From a virus (taxonomy: Duplodnaviria > Caudoviricetes), in IMG/VR virus record IMGVR_UViG_3300033407_000063, positions 1 through 38,225 of that record: 38,225 bases of DNA, one strand, 5' to 3'. The notes under the pieces are model-generated. The model made no database searches and was not told the origin of the DNA. It was given only the letters and a program-made list of their open reading frames with translations. Of the stretch, positions 1 to 10,064 are shown in pieces (within the stretch, counting starts at the first letter, position 1; each line of letters opens with the position of its first letter). A program made the position numbers and the translations under genes.

Positions 1-68
1 AAAATGGCCTGCAGATCGAAGCTGACCGTCGAGAGCTCCCGCTTGGACTTGAGCGAGAAGTAGGGCAT
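1..68 (-). CDS. Probable endolysin, M15-type peptidase (5' part only, runs off the window)
   Basis: ATG at 68, 2 nt after the giant gene's stop. Translates MPYFSLKSKRELSTVSFDLQAI, resembling the usual MxxFSxxSxxxLxxVxxDL N-terminus of phage M15 endolysins. Confidence 0.55.
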   Translation of the reverse strand, partial: MPYFSLKSKRELSTVSFDLQAI

Positions 69-70
69 CG

Positions 71-3000
71 TCACGGCCCCACGGGCTCGAGCAGCCGGTT
101 GCGGTAGCGCTCGAGGCCGATCGTCTTTCGGTAGCCGTCGAGCAGGCCCTGGACGAGGCGCCTGTCGTTGGGCTCGTTGAGCCCGTCCATCTCGCGGCGG
201 ACGTGCTCGTAGAGCTCGTCATCGGGTAGGCCGGCGGGCGCGGCCTGAAGCGTCGAGACGAGCCAGTTGTGGGCGAAGAGCTGCTCGCCCCGGACGACGG
301 GCGTCCGCGGGCCGTACCGCAGCACGCCGGCCTTCTCGGCCAGCTGCTCGACCTCGAGGTACCGCTCGGCGAAGACCGGGTTCTCCGTCCGGTCCATGCC
401 CTTGAGCAGCTTCTCGAGCAGCATCGGCGTCGTGAGCTCGAGGAAGATCCGCGCCTTCTTGCTGCCCTTCTCGGCCTCGTCCAGCGCCCGCTGCCACATG
501 AGGTAAGCCACGTCCATGTTCTTGAGGTCGATCTTCATCTCGCGGAACGCCCGGACGTCGGGCTGCTGGCCGCGCTCGGCGATGGAAAGCGCCAGCTCCC
601 TCGGCGTGACGCCTAGGACGTCGAGCATCTGCGCCATGTCGGCATCCTGGGCCGCCAGGTCGCGGATGACGTAGTAGCGTTTGATCCGGTCCTCCTCGGA
701 CTCTCTGTTCGCCTGCGCGGTCCGCCCCCACATCTTCTCTTCCTCGCGGGGGCGGAAGCCGGCCGCGGCCCTGGCCTGCTCGTAGAGTCCGAGGCCGGGC
801 TCAGTGGCGCGCTGGGCATTGCGGAGGAGGGGCACTTGGTTGGCGCCGGCCCGGACAAGCTCGCGCGCACCCGCGCCAGCGCCCACGCGGGTGGCGGCTT
901 CGTAGGCCGGGACGCCGGTCTGAGCGACCATGCCCGGCACCGGCCCTGCGGTCTGCGCGAGACGCTCGACGAGCTGGCCCTCAGGCGACTGCGCCGAGCC
1001 GAACTGCGGGCCCAGGCCGGGGACGAACTTCCCCATCGGCATCGCCATAGACGGAACCTGGACGCCGGCAGCATGGGCCAGGTTGAACTTGAATAGGAAG
1101 CCGTACTGGCCGTCCTCGACGTCGTTCTTGTAGGCGTTCATAGCCGGGAATGCGCTTAGGAGCGCGGCGACGTAAGGCCAGGTCTCAGGCCCTCCTATGG
1201 CAGCCGAATACGTCAGGAGACGCAGCTTGCCGCGCGGGGTGAGCCTCGACCAGATGAAGTTCCCTTGCTTGCCCTGGAAACTCATGAACTGCGTGGCGAG
1301 GTCGACCGTGGCTCCGCCCTTCACGACCAGCCAGGTACGCTCCGAGCGGCCGTAGTGGAAGATCGTGGTCTTGATCGCGTCGTATGCTTCGCGGAGACCC
1401 ATCTCGTGCATCGTGCCGTCCGCGGCGGCCGAAGCGGCGATGCGCAGCTGCTCGCGTCTGGGCCGGTAGCGGTCCTGCACGAAAAAGCTCGCACCCAAGC
1501 TGCGGTCATGCATCGCGTGCTCGACCACGCCGTCGACGCTGGCGCCCGCCCCAAGGCTACGCTTGAGCGTCTTCAGCTTCTGGACCAAGGCCTGGAACTG
1601 ATAGTACCTGGCGGCCCCTACGGCTACGTGGTTGCCGAGCTCGGAGCGGCCGGCGAACTGCATGGTCCCGAGCCTCCGCCCGATGGCTGACCCACCGTAG
1701 CCCTCGATGAACGGCCGCGTGTCGAGCATGCCGAGGCCGAGCTCTTCGAGGATGGCCCGGACCGCCGGGACGCGGGCATGGCCGGTGGCGCGCGCGAGGA
1801 AGTCGCGCTTGGTCTGCAGCTCGCCGATCCCATAGAACTTCGGGCCGATGTAGGCGCCGCCCGAGTAGGGTCCCTGCAGTCGGTTCAGGAGGAACATCGG
1901 GTTCAGGTCCAGGAGCACCTTGTAGCCGAGCGCCTTGAGCATGGCCCTGGCGGCGTCGGCGACCTCGGCGTTGAGACCAGCCATGTCGAGGACGCTGTGA
2001 GAGAGCCAGGCGTCCGTGGCTGCTCCCACGTCGGTGTAACCGAGCGCGTTCTTGAGGTACTCGTCGACGAGGTCACGGTACTGAGCCGTGACCAGCGTGG
2101 TCGGACCGTAGTCGCTGGTCCGCTTGAAGGGCTCGAGCGACCGCTGCGCCACGGACTGCCACGCCTGCCGGAAACGGTCGGACATCTCGGGCGCGTTCTT
2201 CTGGAGCACCGCGCCCACCTTGATCTTGTCGAAGAGCTCCTTGACCCTCGGCAGCCGGCGGTCGAGGATGATCTTGCGGGCTGCCTGGTAGGCGTACATG
2301 TCGAAATGTCGATCGATGTCCGTGATGTAGTAGGCCAGATTCTTGCTGCGGCGCTTGTGCGGCCCGTAGAAGGCTTCCATCGGGACTCGTAGCTCGGAAG
2401 TTTTGAGGTAGCGCCCCGAGCTTGCTTGAAGCTCGAGCAACTGGCCGCGCACGGCATCGAGTTGCTTCTGCACGGCTGGGCGATCCGCCGCGGATGCAGC
2501 GCGGAACTCGGTGACGAGGCCCTTCTCCGCATCCTTCAGCGCCTTCGTGATGGCAGGCCGGTCCGTGTAGTGGCGGAAGTAGTCGCCAGCCCCCGCATAA
2601 TCCGGCCGTCCGCTGAGCCGCGCCTCCTCATCGGTGATTTGGTTGTATTTGGCGATGGCCTCCTTGAGCTGTGGGTTGTCCAGGATGACCTGGCGAGCGG
2701 CGGGGTCTGGGATCTGGTCGGCGAGACGCATGCCTTCGGGCGCTCGATTGCCCTCGAGAACTGCGCGGAACGCGTTCCCGCGCATCTCCTTGGGGATGAG
2801 CTTGCGGACCTCATCGAGGCCCGGGAGGTCGTCGCCGAAGCCGAGGCGCCCGCCGGCCGGGTTCGAGCCGCGCTTGAAGGTCTCGGCCATGAGCCGCGTC
2901 TCGTCCTCAATGAGCCGGACCTCCCGAAGAAGATCGAGGCCTTCCGGCGTCCGCGCAACGTCGAGGCTCATCGGGTAGAAGGCGGACGTTGGCGGCAGAA

Positions 3001-6000
3001 TGTAGCGCGAGAAGCGGGGCTCCATGATCGAGGCCGCGTGTGCCATGTTCTCAGCCAGGAGCCCCTTCGCTTCGCTCTGGCCTGGCGGTGGAACCCCCGG
3101 GCCCTCGGGCGGCGAGCTCGGGCGCCCGCCGTTGAGGTCGTCGGCCGCTTGCTGGAAGACGCTGGCCGTCGGATCGCGGCCCTCCATCCGGTTGATGAAG
3201 TCGATCTGCTCCTTGGCCTCCCGTGCGCTCCCGCCCTCCTCGCGCACGGCCGCGCCCACGTCGAACCCGCTGTTCGAGCGGCCGGCGAGCCGGAGCGTCT
3301 TCTCGGCCGCGTCGTCCGAGGTCGCCCGCGGGAAGCCCAGGTGCCGCACGAAGAAGTCCGAGAGCGTGGGCTTGTCGATCTGCTTGCCGTCGGCCTCCTC
3401 GAGGCGCCGGATGAGCTCGGAGGCGTCAGCCTTGGAAGCGGCCTGGCTGTACTGCCGGGCCCCCGGGTCCCAATCGATCGAGTACGACTCGCCGCGGCTC
3501 CACTTCGAGATGACCCGCTCGGCGACCTCATCCGTACCGTGGGCACGGACGTCGCCCTCCAGCTGCCTGTAGAGCGCTTCCCCGGAGGGGTCGAGGCTCT
3601 GGAGCAGGAGGTCGACTTTCTCGGGCGGCTTGACGGCAATGAGGCTCATCTGGTTCGGGTCAACCTGGCGGTCGACCCGGCCGGCGTAGTCGGTCAGGAC
3701 GGCACCGATGTAGTTCGAGCTGCGCTTCTGCTTCTCGAAGAGGCTGGCAAGCAGGCGCTGGGGCCGGGTGGGCTCGCTCCCGCCGGCGAGCTCGGCCGAT
3801 CCGAAGAGGCCCCGCTGGGAGAGTTCCACGTGCAACGAGCTTCCGGCGCGGCGCGCCGCGGCGACCAGCTCGGCGGCGCGGGCGATGTCAGGCGTCAGGT
3901 CGAGCTCCGCGGCGCGGGCGCCCGTGGCGATGAGCCCCTTCATCTTCGCCATGGCCGGCAGGGACTTGAAGATGCCATGTTCGATGGAGCGGATATCGCT
4001 CTCGGTGGCCTCGAAGAAGGCGCGGGCCAGCCGCTCGCCGGCCTCCCCTGGGTAGACTTTCGTGAAGAGGGCCCGCTTCAGGCGCTCGACCCCCTCCTTG
4101 GAGGCGGCGCCCTCGCGGGTCAGGAGGCGGCCCTGCTCCTGCTGGGGCAGGTTGCCGACGAAGTGTCCGACGATGCCCCTGTTCTTGGGGCTGGCCAGCG
4201 CCTGTTCGATGGTGCCGGCGGCCGGGACATACAGCTCGGTGATGACCCCGAAGGAGAAACGATCGGCGTCCTGGGCCGCCGTCTCGACGGCTGACATTCC
4301 GAGCGTCAGCTGGGAGTTGGCCTCGTTGACGAAGGCCTTCCGCGTCGTCATGTCCATCTGGTCGGTGCGGATCCGGACGAGGACCGGACGGCGCATGGCC
4401 CCCAGGTCTCCGATGCCAATCTGTCGCGCCGCCGCCGGCAGCGCCTCGGCGTACTTCTGCCAAAGTGGCAGGCCGTTCTGGGCTGCCTGCCTGAGGGCCA
4501 TCACGCGCCCGTTGCCGCTCTCGACCAGAAGGTCCGGCCCGACAATAGGGGCGCCGCGGTCGATGTGCCTGGAGGGCGCCAGGAGCTCCTCAGGGGGCAG
4601 CTGGAGCAGCTTCGTGACCTGCTGCTGGCTGGCGATGCTCGAGCGGTCTCTCGGCTGCAGCTCCGCCGGGAAGGCCGGGTGACGGGCGAAGCTGTCGAGG
4701 TGGCTGGGGGTCAGGTCGTCCAGGTCGACGACGGCGTACTCGAACCGGTAGGGCGTCGCCGGGTCCCTGTAGCCGATGGCCGTCGTCGCCTGTCCGCGGA
4801 TGACGGGGCGGGAGGTCACCTGCTGGACCACGGGCTTGGGCGCGAGCTCCGGGTAGGACTCGAGCGCCTTGGGCGGAACATCGAGGCCCTGTTGCAACGC
4901 TGTGGCAAGAACGCCACGGTGGGTGAGCGGCTGGCCGGAGCTGTCGAGCGGCGCCACCCATGCCAGCGCCGCCGGCGCCTGGGGGATCTCGCCGCTCAGG
5001 TGGCGCACCTGGCCGTCCTCGCCGCGGGAGACGATGAGCGGTCCTTCTCCGGACGGCCCCGGTAGAAGCTCAGGCTGGATCACCTGCCGCTGCTGGAGCG
5101 CCCCGTCGACCTCCAGCCAGTCGCCCACCTTGGGATCGGCCGGTCGAAGATCGTCGGGGCTCAGCTGCCACGGCTGGTTGCGGGCGGCGACCTCGGCCGC
5201 CACGTCGGGGTAGCTGAGGAGCACGTCGTCGCGCACGCGCCCGCCCTCGGCCACCTTGCGCCGGACGAGGCCCTCGTGCTGGAGCGCCGCGTCGCGCGCC
5301 TCGATGGGCCCGGCCAGCGCCGCCCACGCCTCGCGCGTCAGCTCCGTTGGCTCGGTCCGGCCGAGCTCGTCCACGTCCGCGATGGTGATGGAGCGCCCGC
5401 CGAACTCCGCCGGCAAGGTCGTCTCGCGCCAGGCGAGGTCCGGCCCGCGAGCATAGACCCGGTCATCCACCCGAGCGTACGTCGTCCCCGGCCAGCTGGG
5501 GCCGGCGCGGTCGAGCCGCGAGAGGGCGGCGGCCGGCTCATCCGTCGTGAACCCCAGGTCGACCAGGACGTCGCCCGTGTCGGCGACGGCCACGCGCTCG
5601 GCCGCGCCGTAGCGCACCACGCGGCTCGCCTCCGGCTCGACCTGGTCGGCGACAGCCTGGACGCGCTGGCGCGAGACGTTCTCGGCGAGCGGCCGGAGCT
5701 CCGGGAAGTCCTGGAGGACATGCTCCTTGATGGGCTTGCCCTCCCGGAGCGCGCCCTTGACGGCCGCGCGCCGGAGGTAGCCCAGCTCGAAGTTCTTGTA
5801 GCGCTGGTGGTGGCCCGCGGTCCACTCCTCAAAGACGTCGCCCAGGCTGGCCTCGGGACCCACCTCCATCCGGGCCGGGTTGAGACGGCCGACCCAGCCC
5901 TCGGCGACGTCCTTCGCGTGCTCGAGCTCGTGCCGCAACGTCCCGGCCATGGACTCCTGGTCCGCGGGGCTGAGCCAGACCCGTAGCTCGGTCAGCGCGC

Positions 6001-8209
6001 CGGTCTTCGCATCGCGCACCCATTGCGTGTTCCCGCGAGCGCTCCTCGGCATGGAGCCGCCTGTCGGTGGCTCGAACGTGACGAGGGGCCGGACAGGAAG
6101 GCGGTACTTGCCTGCGTAGTAGTCGGCGATGGCCTGCGGATCCCTGAGGCCTGTCTCCGCCAGCACCTTGCGGCCGACAGCGCGCCGGACATGGCTCTGG
6201 GCATCCGCGCCCATCGCCCGCAGCGCCTCATCCTCGATGCCGGCCAGCGGCGCCTCGAGGCCGAAGACCGCGTGGAACTCGGCCTTCGACATGTCGTGCG
6301 ACGCCTTGCCGCTCTTGACGATCGCCTGCGCGTAGCGCGCCTCCGAGATGGCCTCCACGTCCGTGCGCGGCACCTCGCCAGGGCGCAGCGTGCGAAACCG
6401 CCCGATCTCCGGATCGAAGGTCTGACGCCCTTGCGCCACCTGGCGCCGGTGGTTCTCGAGGCCGCTACGCGGTGTCCCGTGCGTGAGGGGGTCGCCGGCC
6501 AACGGGCGCGGCTCGAGGATGCGGCCGGTCTTCGGATCGTAGGCGGGCTTGAAGCGCTCCGGAAACATCGCGGCGAACTCTGGGTGCGGCTGCGACCACA
6601 CCTCCGCTCCGTCGACCTTCGCCAGCTCATCGAGGATCTGATAGGCACCGGCCGCGCCCGTCGGATCCTGCAGGTCGCGCTTCGTGATGCCAGCGATCTC
6701 GTAGCGCGGCCGCTCGCCGTACACCTTGCGGATCGTCACGCGCGAACCGTCCTTGAGTCCGACCTCGATGTACGTCTCGCCGGTTTTCGGATTGACGCGA
6801 GGCTCGGTCGCCCGCTCGATCTCGAAGCTCTCGAGCTCCTTGCTCTTGGGGTTGCGCACCTGGAGGCTGTCTCCAGCCTGGAACCGCGAGACGAGGTCGT
6901 TGCCGGCCCGCTCGGTCGCCCCGTCGAGGGCGCGCATCTCGGGCGCTGGCCCCAAGACGGTCGGCCGCGGCGGGACCCGAACGGCCGGCGGCCCGCCGAG
7001 CTCGACGGCAGGCGGGTCGGGCATTGGGCGCGCCGGGCCGAGGCCGCGCGTCGCCTCCTCCAGGTCGATGACGGGCGGGCGCTCGCCGATGTCGATGGTG
7101 ACCTCGGCGGACCTGAGGCCCGGGCCGGGCTCGCGCGCGACGCGCTCGACGCTCGGATGGCCACGCCTCCACCACTGGCGCGCCGAGCCGGCCAGCTCAT
7201 CGAGGGCGGAACGCGCCGCACGCCCAACGGTCTGGGCGCCGCCCAGGCCGGCCGCGATGTCCACGAACTCGCCGCCCCGCTGGAACATCAGAGCGGCGGA
7301 CTCGCGCTGCTCCTCGGGTGATGGCGTTGCCGGCACCTGCCCCTCCGGCCTGAGAACGTCTGTCGGCGGCAGCTCGACGGGGATCTCTCGGGCCAGCCGC
7401 TCCCCCAACTGATGGGGCGCATAGGGCCCCGCACCGAGCGAGGCGTCGCGGGCGAGCTGCGGATCGTAGGCCGCGAGCACGGCGCGATCGACGGCTTCCC
7501 CGAAGGATGCGCCTGCCCGCAGGAAGCCGTGCGCGATGCCGGCCGGGTATGCCAGGGCCGGCGACATGCCCTCGTCCAATCGCCGCTGGGTCTCGTAGGT
7601 TGGGGCTGTCCTTGCCGTGGCGAGGGGGTCGGCTATCGCCAGCAACACGTTCCAGGCCACGCCGCCGATGCGCGATCCGGCCTCCGCCTCCTTGGCGGCC
7701 CGCTCCTGCTCCTGCTTGAACGCGAAGACCTTCTCGAGCGACTCCGGCTGGACCGCGGCCAACGTGGCAGCCGCGTCCTGCTCGGCGAGCAGCTCCTCCT
7801 CGGCCTGCTTGGCCGCATCCGCCTCGGCCCGCTGGGCGGCGAGATCCGGCAGGAACGCCTCCTCGAGGGCGCGCATCGCGTCGCCGAACAGGAGCTTCGT
7901 GCCGCCCAGGACCGAGCCGATCTCGCCGAATACCCGCTCATCGTGCGTCTTGTAGCTCCCCGCGAAGGCCGAGAAGACGTCGACCGGCTCGGCGCCGAAG
8001 ACGTTGGCGAAGAGGCTCGGCTGGGGCTGCTCGAGCTCGGGGCGGATGCTCGCCAGGTACTGCCCGCCGGGCATCTGGTAGGCGTTGCCCTGGGCGGCGA
8101 AGCTCTGGCGCTGGCGCTCCTGCGCCTGCAGCAGCTCCTCGAGGGGATCGGGCGTGTCTGTCGCCAACCCCCCGCCGAAGAGCCAGTCCCAGTTGAGGGG
8201 GCCCGACAT
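71..8209 (-). CDS. Giant (2712 aa) internal virion/ejection polyvalent protein with DdrB-like ParB domain and HExxH motif
   Basis: Last gene of the ejection-protein block. Contains YAVVDLDDLTPSH..P.ELQPRDR..GAPIVGPDLLVESGNGRVMAL (ddrB-ParB type, ~4300-4770), HELEH (5918-5932) and a helical C-terminal region with a hydrophobic segment. Confidence 0.8.
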   Translation of the reverse strand: MSGPLNWDWLFGGGLATDTPDPLEELLQAQERQRQSFAAQGNAYQMPGGQYLASIRPELEQPQPSLFANVFGAEPVDVFSAFAGSYKTHDERVFGEIGSVLGGTKLLFGDAMRALEEAFLPDLAAQRAEADAAKQAEEELLAEQDAAATLAAVQPESLEKVFAFKQEQERAAKEAEAGSRIGGVAWNVLLAIADPLATARTAPTYETQRRLDEGMSPALAYPAGIAHGFLRAGASFGEAVDRAVLAAYDPQLARDASLGAGPYAPHQLGERLAREIPVELPPTDVLRPEGQVPATPSPEEQRESAALMFQRGGEFVDIAAGLGGAQTVGRAARSALDELAGSARQWWRRGHPSVERVAREPGPGLRSAEVTIDIGERPPVIDLEEATRGLGPARPMPDPPAVELGGPPAVRVPPRPTVLGPAPEMRALDGATERAGNDLVSRFQAGDSLQVRNPKSKELESFEIERATEPRVNPKTGETYIEVGLKDGSRVTIRKVYGERPRYEIAGITKRDLQDPTGAAGAYQILDELAKVDGAEVWSQPHPEFAAMFPERFKPAYDPKTGRILEPRPLAGDPLTHGTPRSGLENHRRQVAQGRQTFDPEIGRFRTLRPGEVPRTDVEAISEARYAQAIVKSGKASHDMSKAEFHAVFGLEAPLAGIEDEALRAMGADAQSHVRRAVGRKVLAETGLRDPQAIADYYAGKYRLPVRPLVTFEPPTGGSMPRSARGNTQWVRDAKTGALTELRVWLSPADQESMAGTLRHELEHAKDVAEGWVGRLNPARMEVGPEASLGDVFEEWTAGHHQRYKNFELGYLRRAAVKGALREGKPIKEHVLQDFPELRPLAENVSRQRVQAVADQVEPEASRVVRYGAAERVAVADTGDVLVDLGFTTDEPAAALSRLDRAGPSWPGTTYARVDDRVYARGPDLAWRETTLPAEFGGRSITIADVDELGRTEPTELTREAWAALAGPIEARDAALQHEGLVRRKVAEGGRVRDDVLLSYPDVAAEVAARNQPWQLSPDDLRPADPKVGDWLEVDGALQQRQVIQPELLPGPSGEGPLIVSRGEDGQVRHLSGEIPQAPAALAWVAPLDSSGQPLTHRGVLATALQQGLDVPPKALESYPELAPKPVVQQVTSRPVIRGQATTAIGYRDPATPYRFEYAVVDLDDLTPSHLDSFARHPAFPAELQPRDRSSIASQQQVTKLLQLPPEELLAPSRHIDRGAPIVGPDLLVESGNGRVMALRQAAQNGLPLWQKYAEALPAAARQIGIGDLGAMRRPVLVRIRTDQMDMTTRKAFVNEANSQLTLGMSAVETAAQDADRFSFGVITELYVPAAGTIEQALASPKNRGIVGHFVGNLPQQEQGRLLTREGAASKEGVERLKRALFTKVYPGEAGERLARAFFEATESDIRSIEHGIFKSLPAMAKMKGLIATGARAAELDLTPDIARAAELVAAARRAGSSLHVELSQRGLFGSAELAGGSEPTRPQRLLASLFEKQKRSSNYIGAVLTDYAGRVDRQVDPNQMSLIAVKPPEKVDLLLQSLDPSGEALYRQLEGDVRAHGTDEVAERVISKWSRGESYSIDWDPGARQYSQAASKADASELIRRLEEADGKQIDKPTLSDFFVRHLGFPRATSDDAAEKTLRLAGRSNSGFDVGAAVREEGGSAREAKEQIDFINRMEGRDPTASVFQQAADDLNGGRPSSPPEGPGVPPPGQSEAKGLLAENMAHAASIMEPRFSRYILPPTSAFYPMSLDVARTPEGLDLLREVRLIEDETRLMAETFKRGSNPAGGRLGFGDDLPGLDEVRKLIPKEMRGNAFRAVLEGNRAPEGMRLADQIPDPAARQVILDNPQLKEAIAKYNQITDEEARLSGRPDYAGAGDYFRHYTDRPAITKALKDAEKGLVTEFRAASAADRPAVQKQLDAVRGQLLELQASSGRYLKTSELRVPMEAFYGPHKRRSKNLAYYITDIDRHFDMYAYQAARKIILDRRLPRVKELFDKIKVGAVLQKNAPEMSDRFRQAWQSVAQRSLEPFKRTSDYGPTTLVTAQYRDLVDEYLKNALGYTDVGAATDAWLSHSVLDMAGLNAEVADAARAMLKALGYKVLLDLNPMFLLNRLQGPYSGGAYIGPKFYGIGELQTKRDFLARATGHARVPAVRAILEELGLGMLDTRPFIEGYGGSAIGRRLGTMQFAGRSELGNHVAVGAARYYQFQALVQKLKTLKRSLGAGASVDGVVEHAMHDRSLGASFFVQDRYRPRREQLRIAASAAADGTMHEMGLREAYDAIKTTIFHYGRSERTWLVVKGGATVDLATQFMSFQGKQGNFIWSRLTPRGKLRLLTYSAAIGGPETWPYVAALLSAFPAMNAYKNDVEDGQYGFLFKFNLAHAAGVQVPSMAMPMGKFVPGLGPQFGSAQSPEGQLVERLAQTAGPVPGMVAQTGVPAYEAATRVGAGAGARELVRAGANQVPLLRNAQRATEPGLGLYEQARAAAGFRPREEEKMWGRTAQANRESEEDRIKRYYVIRDLAAQDADMAQMLDVLGVTPRELALSIAERGQQPDVRAFREMKIDLKNMDVAYLMWQRALDEAEKGSKKARIFLELTTPMLLEKLLKGMDRTENPVFAERYLEVEQLAEKAGVLRYGPRTPVVRGEQLFAHNWLVSTLQAAPAGLPDDELYEHVRREMDGLNEPNDRRLVQGLLDGYRKTIGLERYRNRLLEPVGP

Positions 8210-8219
8210 AGTGGCCCCC

Positions 8220-9587
8220 TCAGGGCTGCATCATCCGCTGCCAGTAGGAATGCTGGGAGTAGTCGGCCTCGGGCGCGGGCGCGCTCGCCCCGATGGCGGC
8301 CTCGAGCATCTCGACGATGTCCGTGCGCCCGTGCTTGCGCGCCACCGCCATGAACCGGCTCGCGAGCTCGCGCTGGGCGCGCGGGTCCGCGTCCAGGTCG
8401 CGCAGCACCGTGATGACGCGCACGGGCGTGAGCTCCTGCGGCTTATTCAAGGCCGAGGCCAGCAGGGTCTCCGCCTGCTGGCGGGCGAAGGTGGGCAACT
8501 GGGCGGCCGTCTCTTCGGCGACGTACTGCTGGCGGACCGCCGCTCGCTCCTGGGGCGTGCGGACCATCTGACCCGAGGCGCCCTTGGGCTGCTGTCTCTC
8601 GTAGAACTGCTCGAAGTCGCGGCCAGCGCTCGAGGTGAGAGCCTGGCGCCCCGACTGGTACTGCTTGAGGAAGGGGTCGCTGTACGCGGACGGCCCGTCC
8701 CCGCCGCCTCCGCCGAGCTGCGGCTGGCGCGCCTCGTACATCTGCCGGTAGAGCGCGGGGTCCCGCTTGTAGACGTCGAGCTCGGCGCCGCGGGTGCCGG
8801 CGGCCTGGGAGTAGGCCTCCCGGCCCTTCTGGCGCGCCATGGTGGCGCCGAACTGCTCGAGCCCCTGGGCCTCGCCGGCCATGCCGCCCAGCTTCTTGCG
8901 GGTCTCCAGCTCCTCGGCGCGCTCGGCCTGCGGCTCGAAGAACTCCTGAGCGAGCATCTCCTCGGCCAGCTCGCGCGCACTCGTCTTCTGGCCCTCGAGG
9001 GTCGCCGGGTTGAGCTCGGGCAGCGCCATGAGGGCCTCGTCGATCGCCACCTGGTCGCCGCTCATGAGGGCCTGCGTGAGGGCGCTCGCCATGGCCGGGT
9101 CGACGTCGCTCGTCGCGTAGGGCGCAATCTGCTGGAGGAATTGGAGGCTGTCCATGTACAGCTTCCGCGTGTCTTCCTGCTGCTGCTGCTGAGCCTGGGC
9201 CTGGCCGATCTGGGCCATGAGCTGGCCCTGGTAGGCTTGCTGGCGCTGCTGCTGACGGAAGAGCTCGTTCTGCTGGGCCTGCTTGACCATTTCCGGCTGG
9301 CCGGCCATGGTGCCGGCGAAGATGGTGAGCTGGTTCAGGATGCCCGAGATCCGGTCGTCCTCCGACATCTCGGGCATTTCAAACTGGAAGTCAGGCCCGA
9401 GCGAGCCCAGGTCCTCGGGCTTGAGCGTCCCGAACTTGGGGCCCTGGGAACTCGTCGCGCGGGACGGCGCCTGGCCACCGTAGCCGCCGGGGAAGAAGGG
9501 CGGCGTGGCGGTGGCTGGCAGCTGAGGGCCGGCACCCATGGCCAGGCCCGGCAGCCCCGCGAACGCGCCTCCGGTGAGCGGCCACAT
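8220..9587 (-). CDS. Putative ejection (internal virion) protein, Gln/Ala-rich helical
   Basis: 455-aa ORF tightly packed between tail genes and the giant protein; Q/A/E-rich coiled-coil character. Confidence 0.6.
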   Translation of the reverse strand: MWPLTGGAFAGLPGLAMGAGPQLPATATPPFFPGGYGGQAPSRATSSQGPKFGTLKPEDLGSLGPDFQFEMPEMSEDDRISGILNQLTIFAGTMAGQPEMVKQAQQNELFRQQQRQQAYQGQLMAQIGQAQAQQQQQEDTRKLYMDSLQFLQQIAPYATSDVDPAMASALTQALMSGDQVAIDEALMALPELNPATLEGQKTSARELAEEMLAQEFFEPQAERAEELETRKKLGGMAGEAQGLEQFGATMARQKGREAYSQAAGTRGAELDVYKRDPALYRQMYEARQPQLGGGGGDGPSAYSDPFLKQYQSGRQALTSSAGRDFEQFYERQQPKGASGQMVRTPQERAAVRQQYVAEETAAQLPTFARQQAETLLASALNKPQELTPVRVITVLRDLDADPRAQRELASRFMAVARKHGRTDIVEMLEAAIGASAPAPEADYSQHSYWQRMMQP

Positions 9588-9593
9588 GGCGGC

Positions 9594-10055
9594 CTACATC
9601 AGGCCGGCGAAGCGGCCGCCTCCCGCGAGCGCGAGTCCTCCGAAGCCCTGCTGGCCGGGCATCCGCGCCTGGGGCTCGAGGCCCATGGCCGACATGCGCC
9701 CGCGCCCGAAGCCCATCCCGGTCTGCATGCCCATCCCGCCGCGCATCCCGGGCCTGAGGCCCGGGGCCGCCATCTGCCGCAGCCAGCCCGAGTCGAAGCC
9801 GCCGGGGCCCTGCATGAAGTTGGGCACCTCGGGCGGGCGCTGCTGCATCCCGGCCCGCTGCTCACCACGTTGCAGGGCCTGCATGAAGGTGAAGAACGCT
9901 GGCGTGCGCGGCATCTGGCCGACGCCGAGCGCACCGGACAGCCCGCCCCAGGGTGGCCGGCCCGGTCCGGCTTGAGCCATCCCGCCACCGCCGCCGAAGC
10001 CACCGGGGCCCTGGCTCCGCTGGCCGCCGCCGTAACCACCCTGCATGTTGAACAT
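9594..10055 (-). CDS. Gly/Met/Gln-rich low-complexity protein, possible internal virion protein
   Basis: 153-aa ORF filling the gap between neighbours (6-9 nt gaps), with an AGAGG-like RBS upstream. Confidence 0.55.
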   Translation of the reverse strand: MFNMQGGYGGGQRSQGPGGFGGGGGMAQAGPGRPPWGGLSGALGVGQMPRTPAFFTFMQALQRGEQRAGMQQRPPEVPNFMQGPGGFDSGWLRQMAAPGLRPGMRGGMGMQTGMGFGRGRMSAMGLEPQARMPGQQGFGGLALAGGGRFAGLM

Positions 10056-10064
10056 CGAGTCCCT

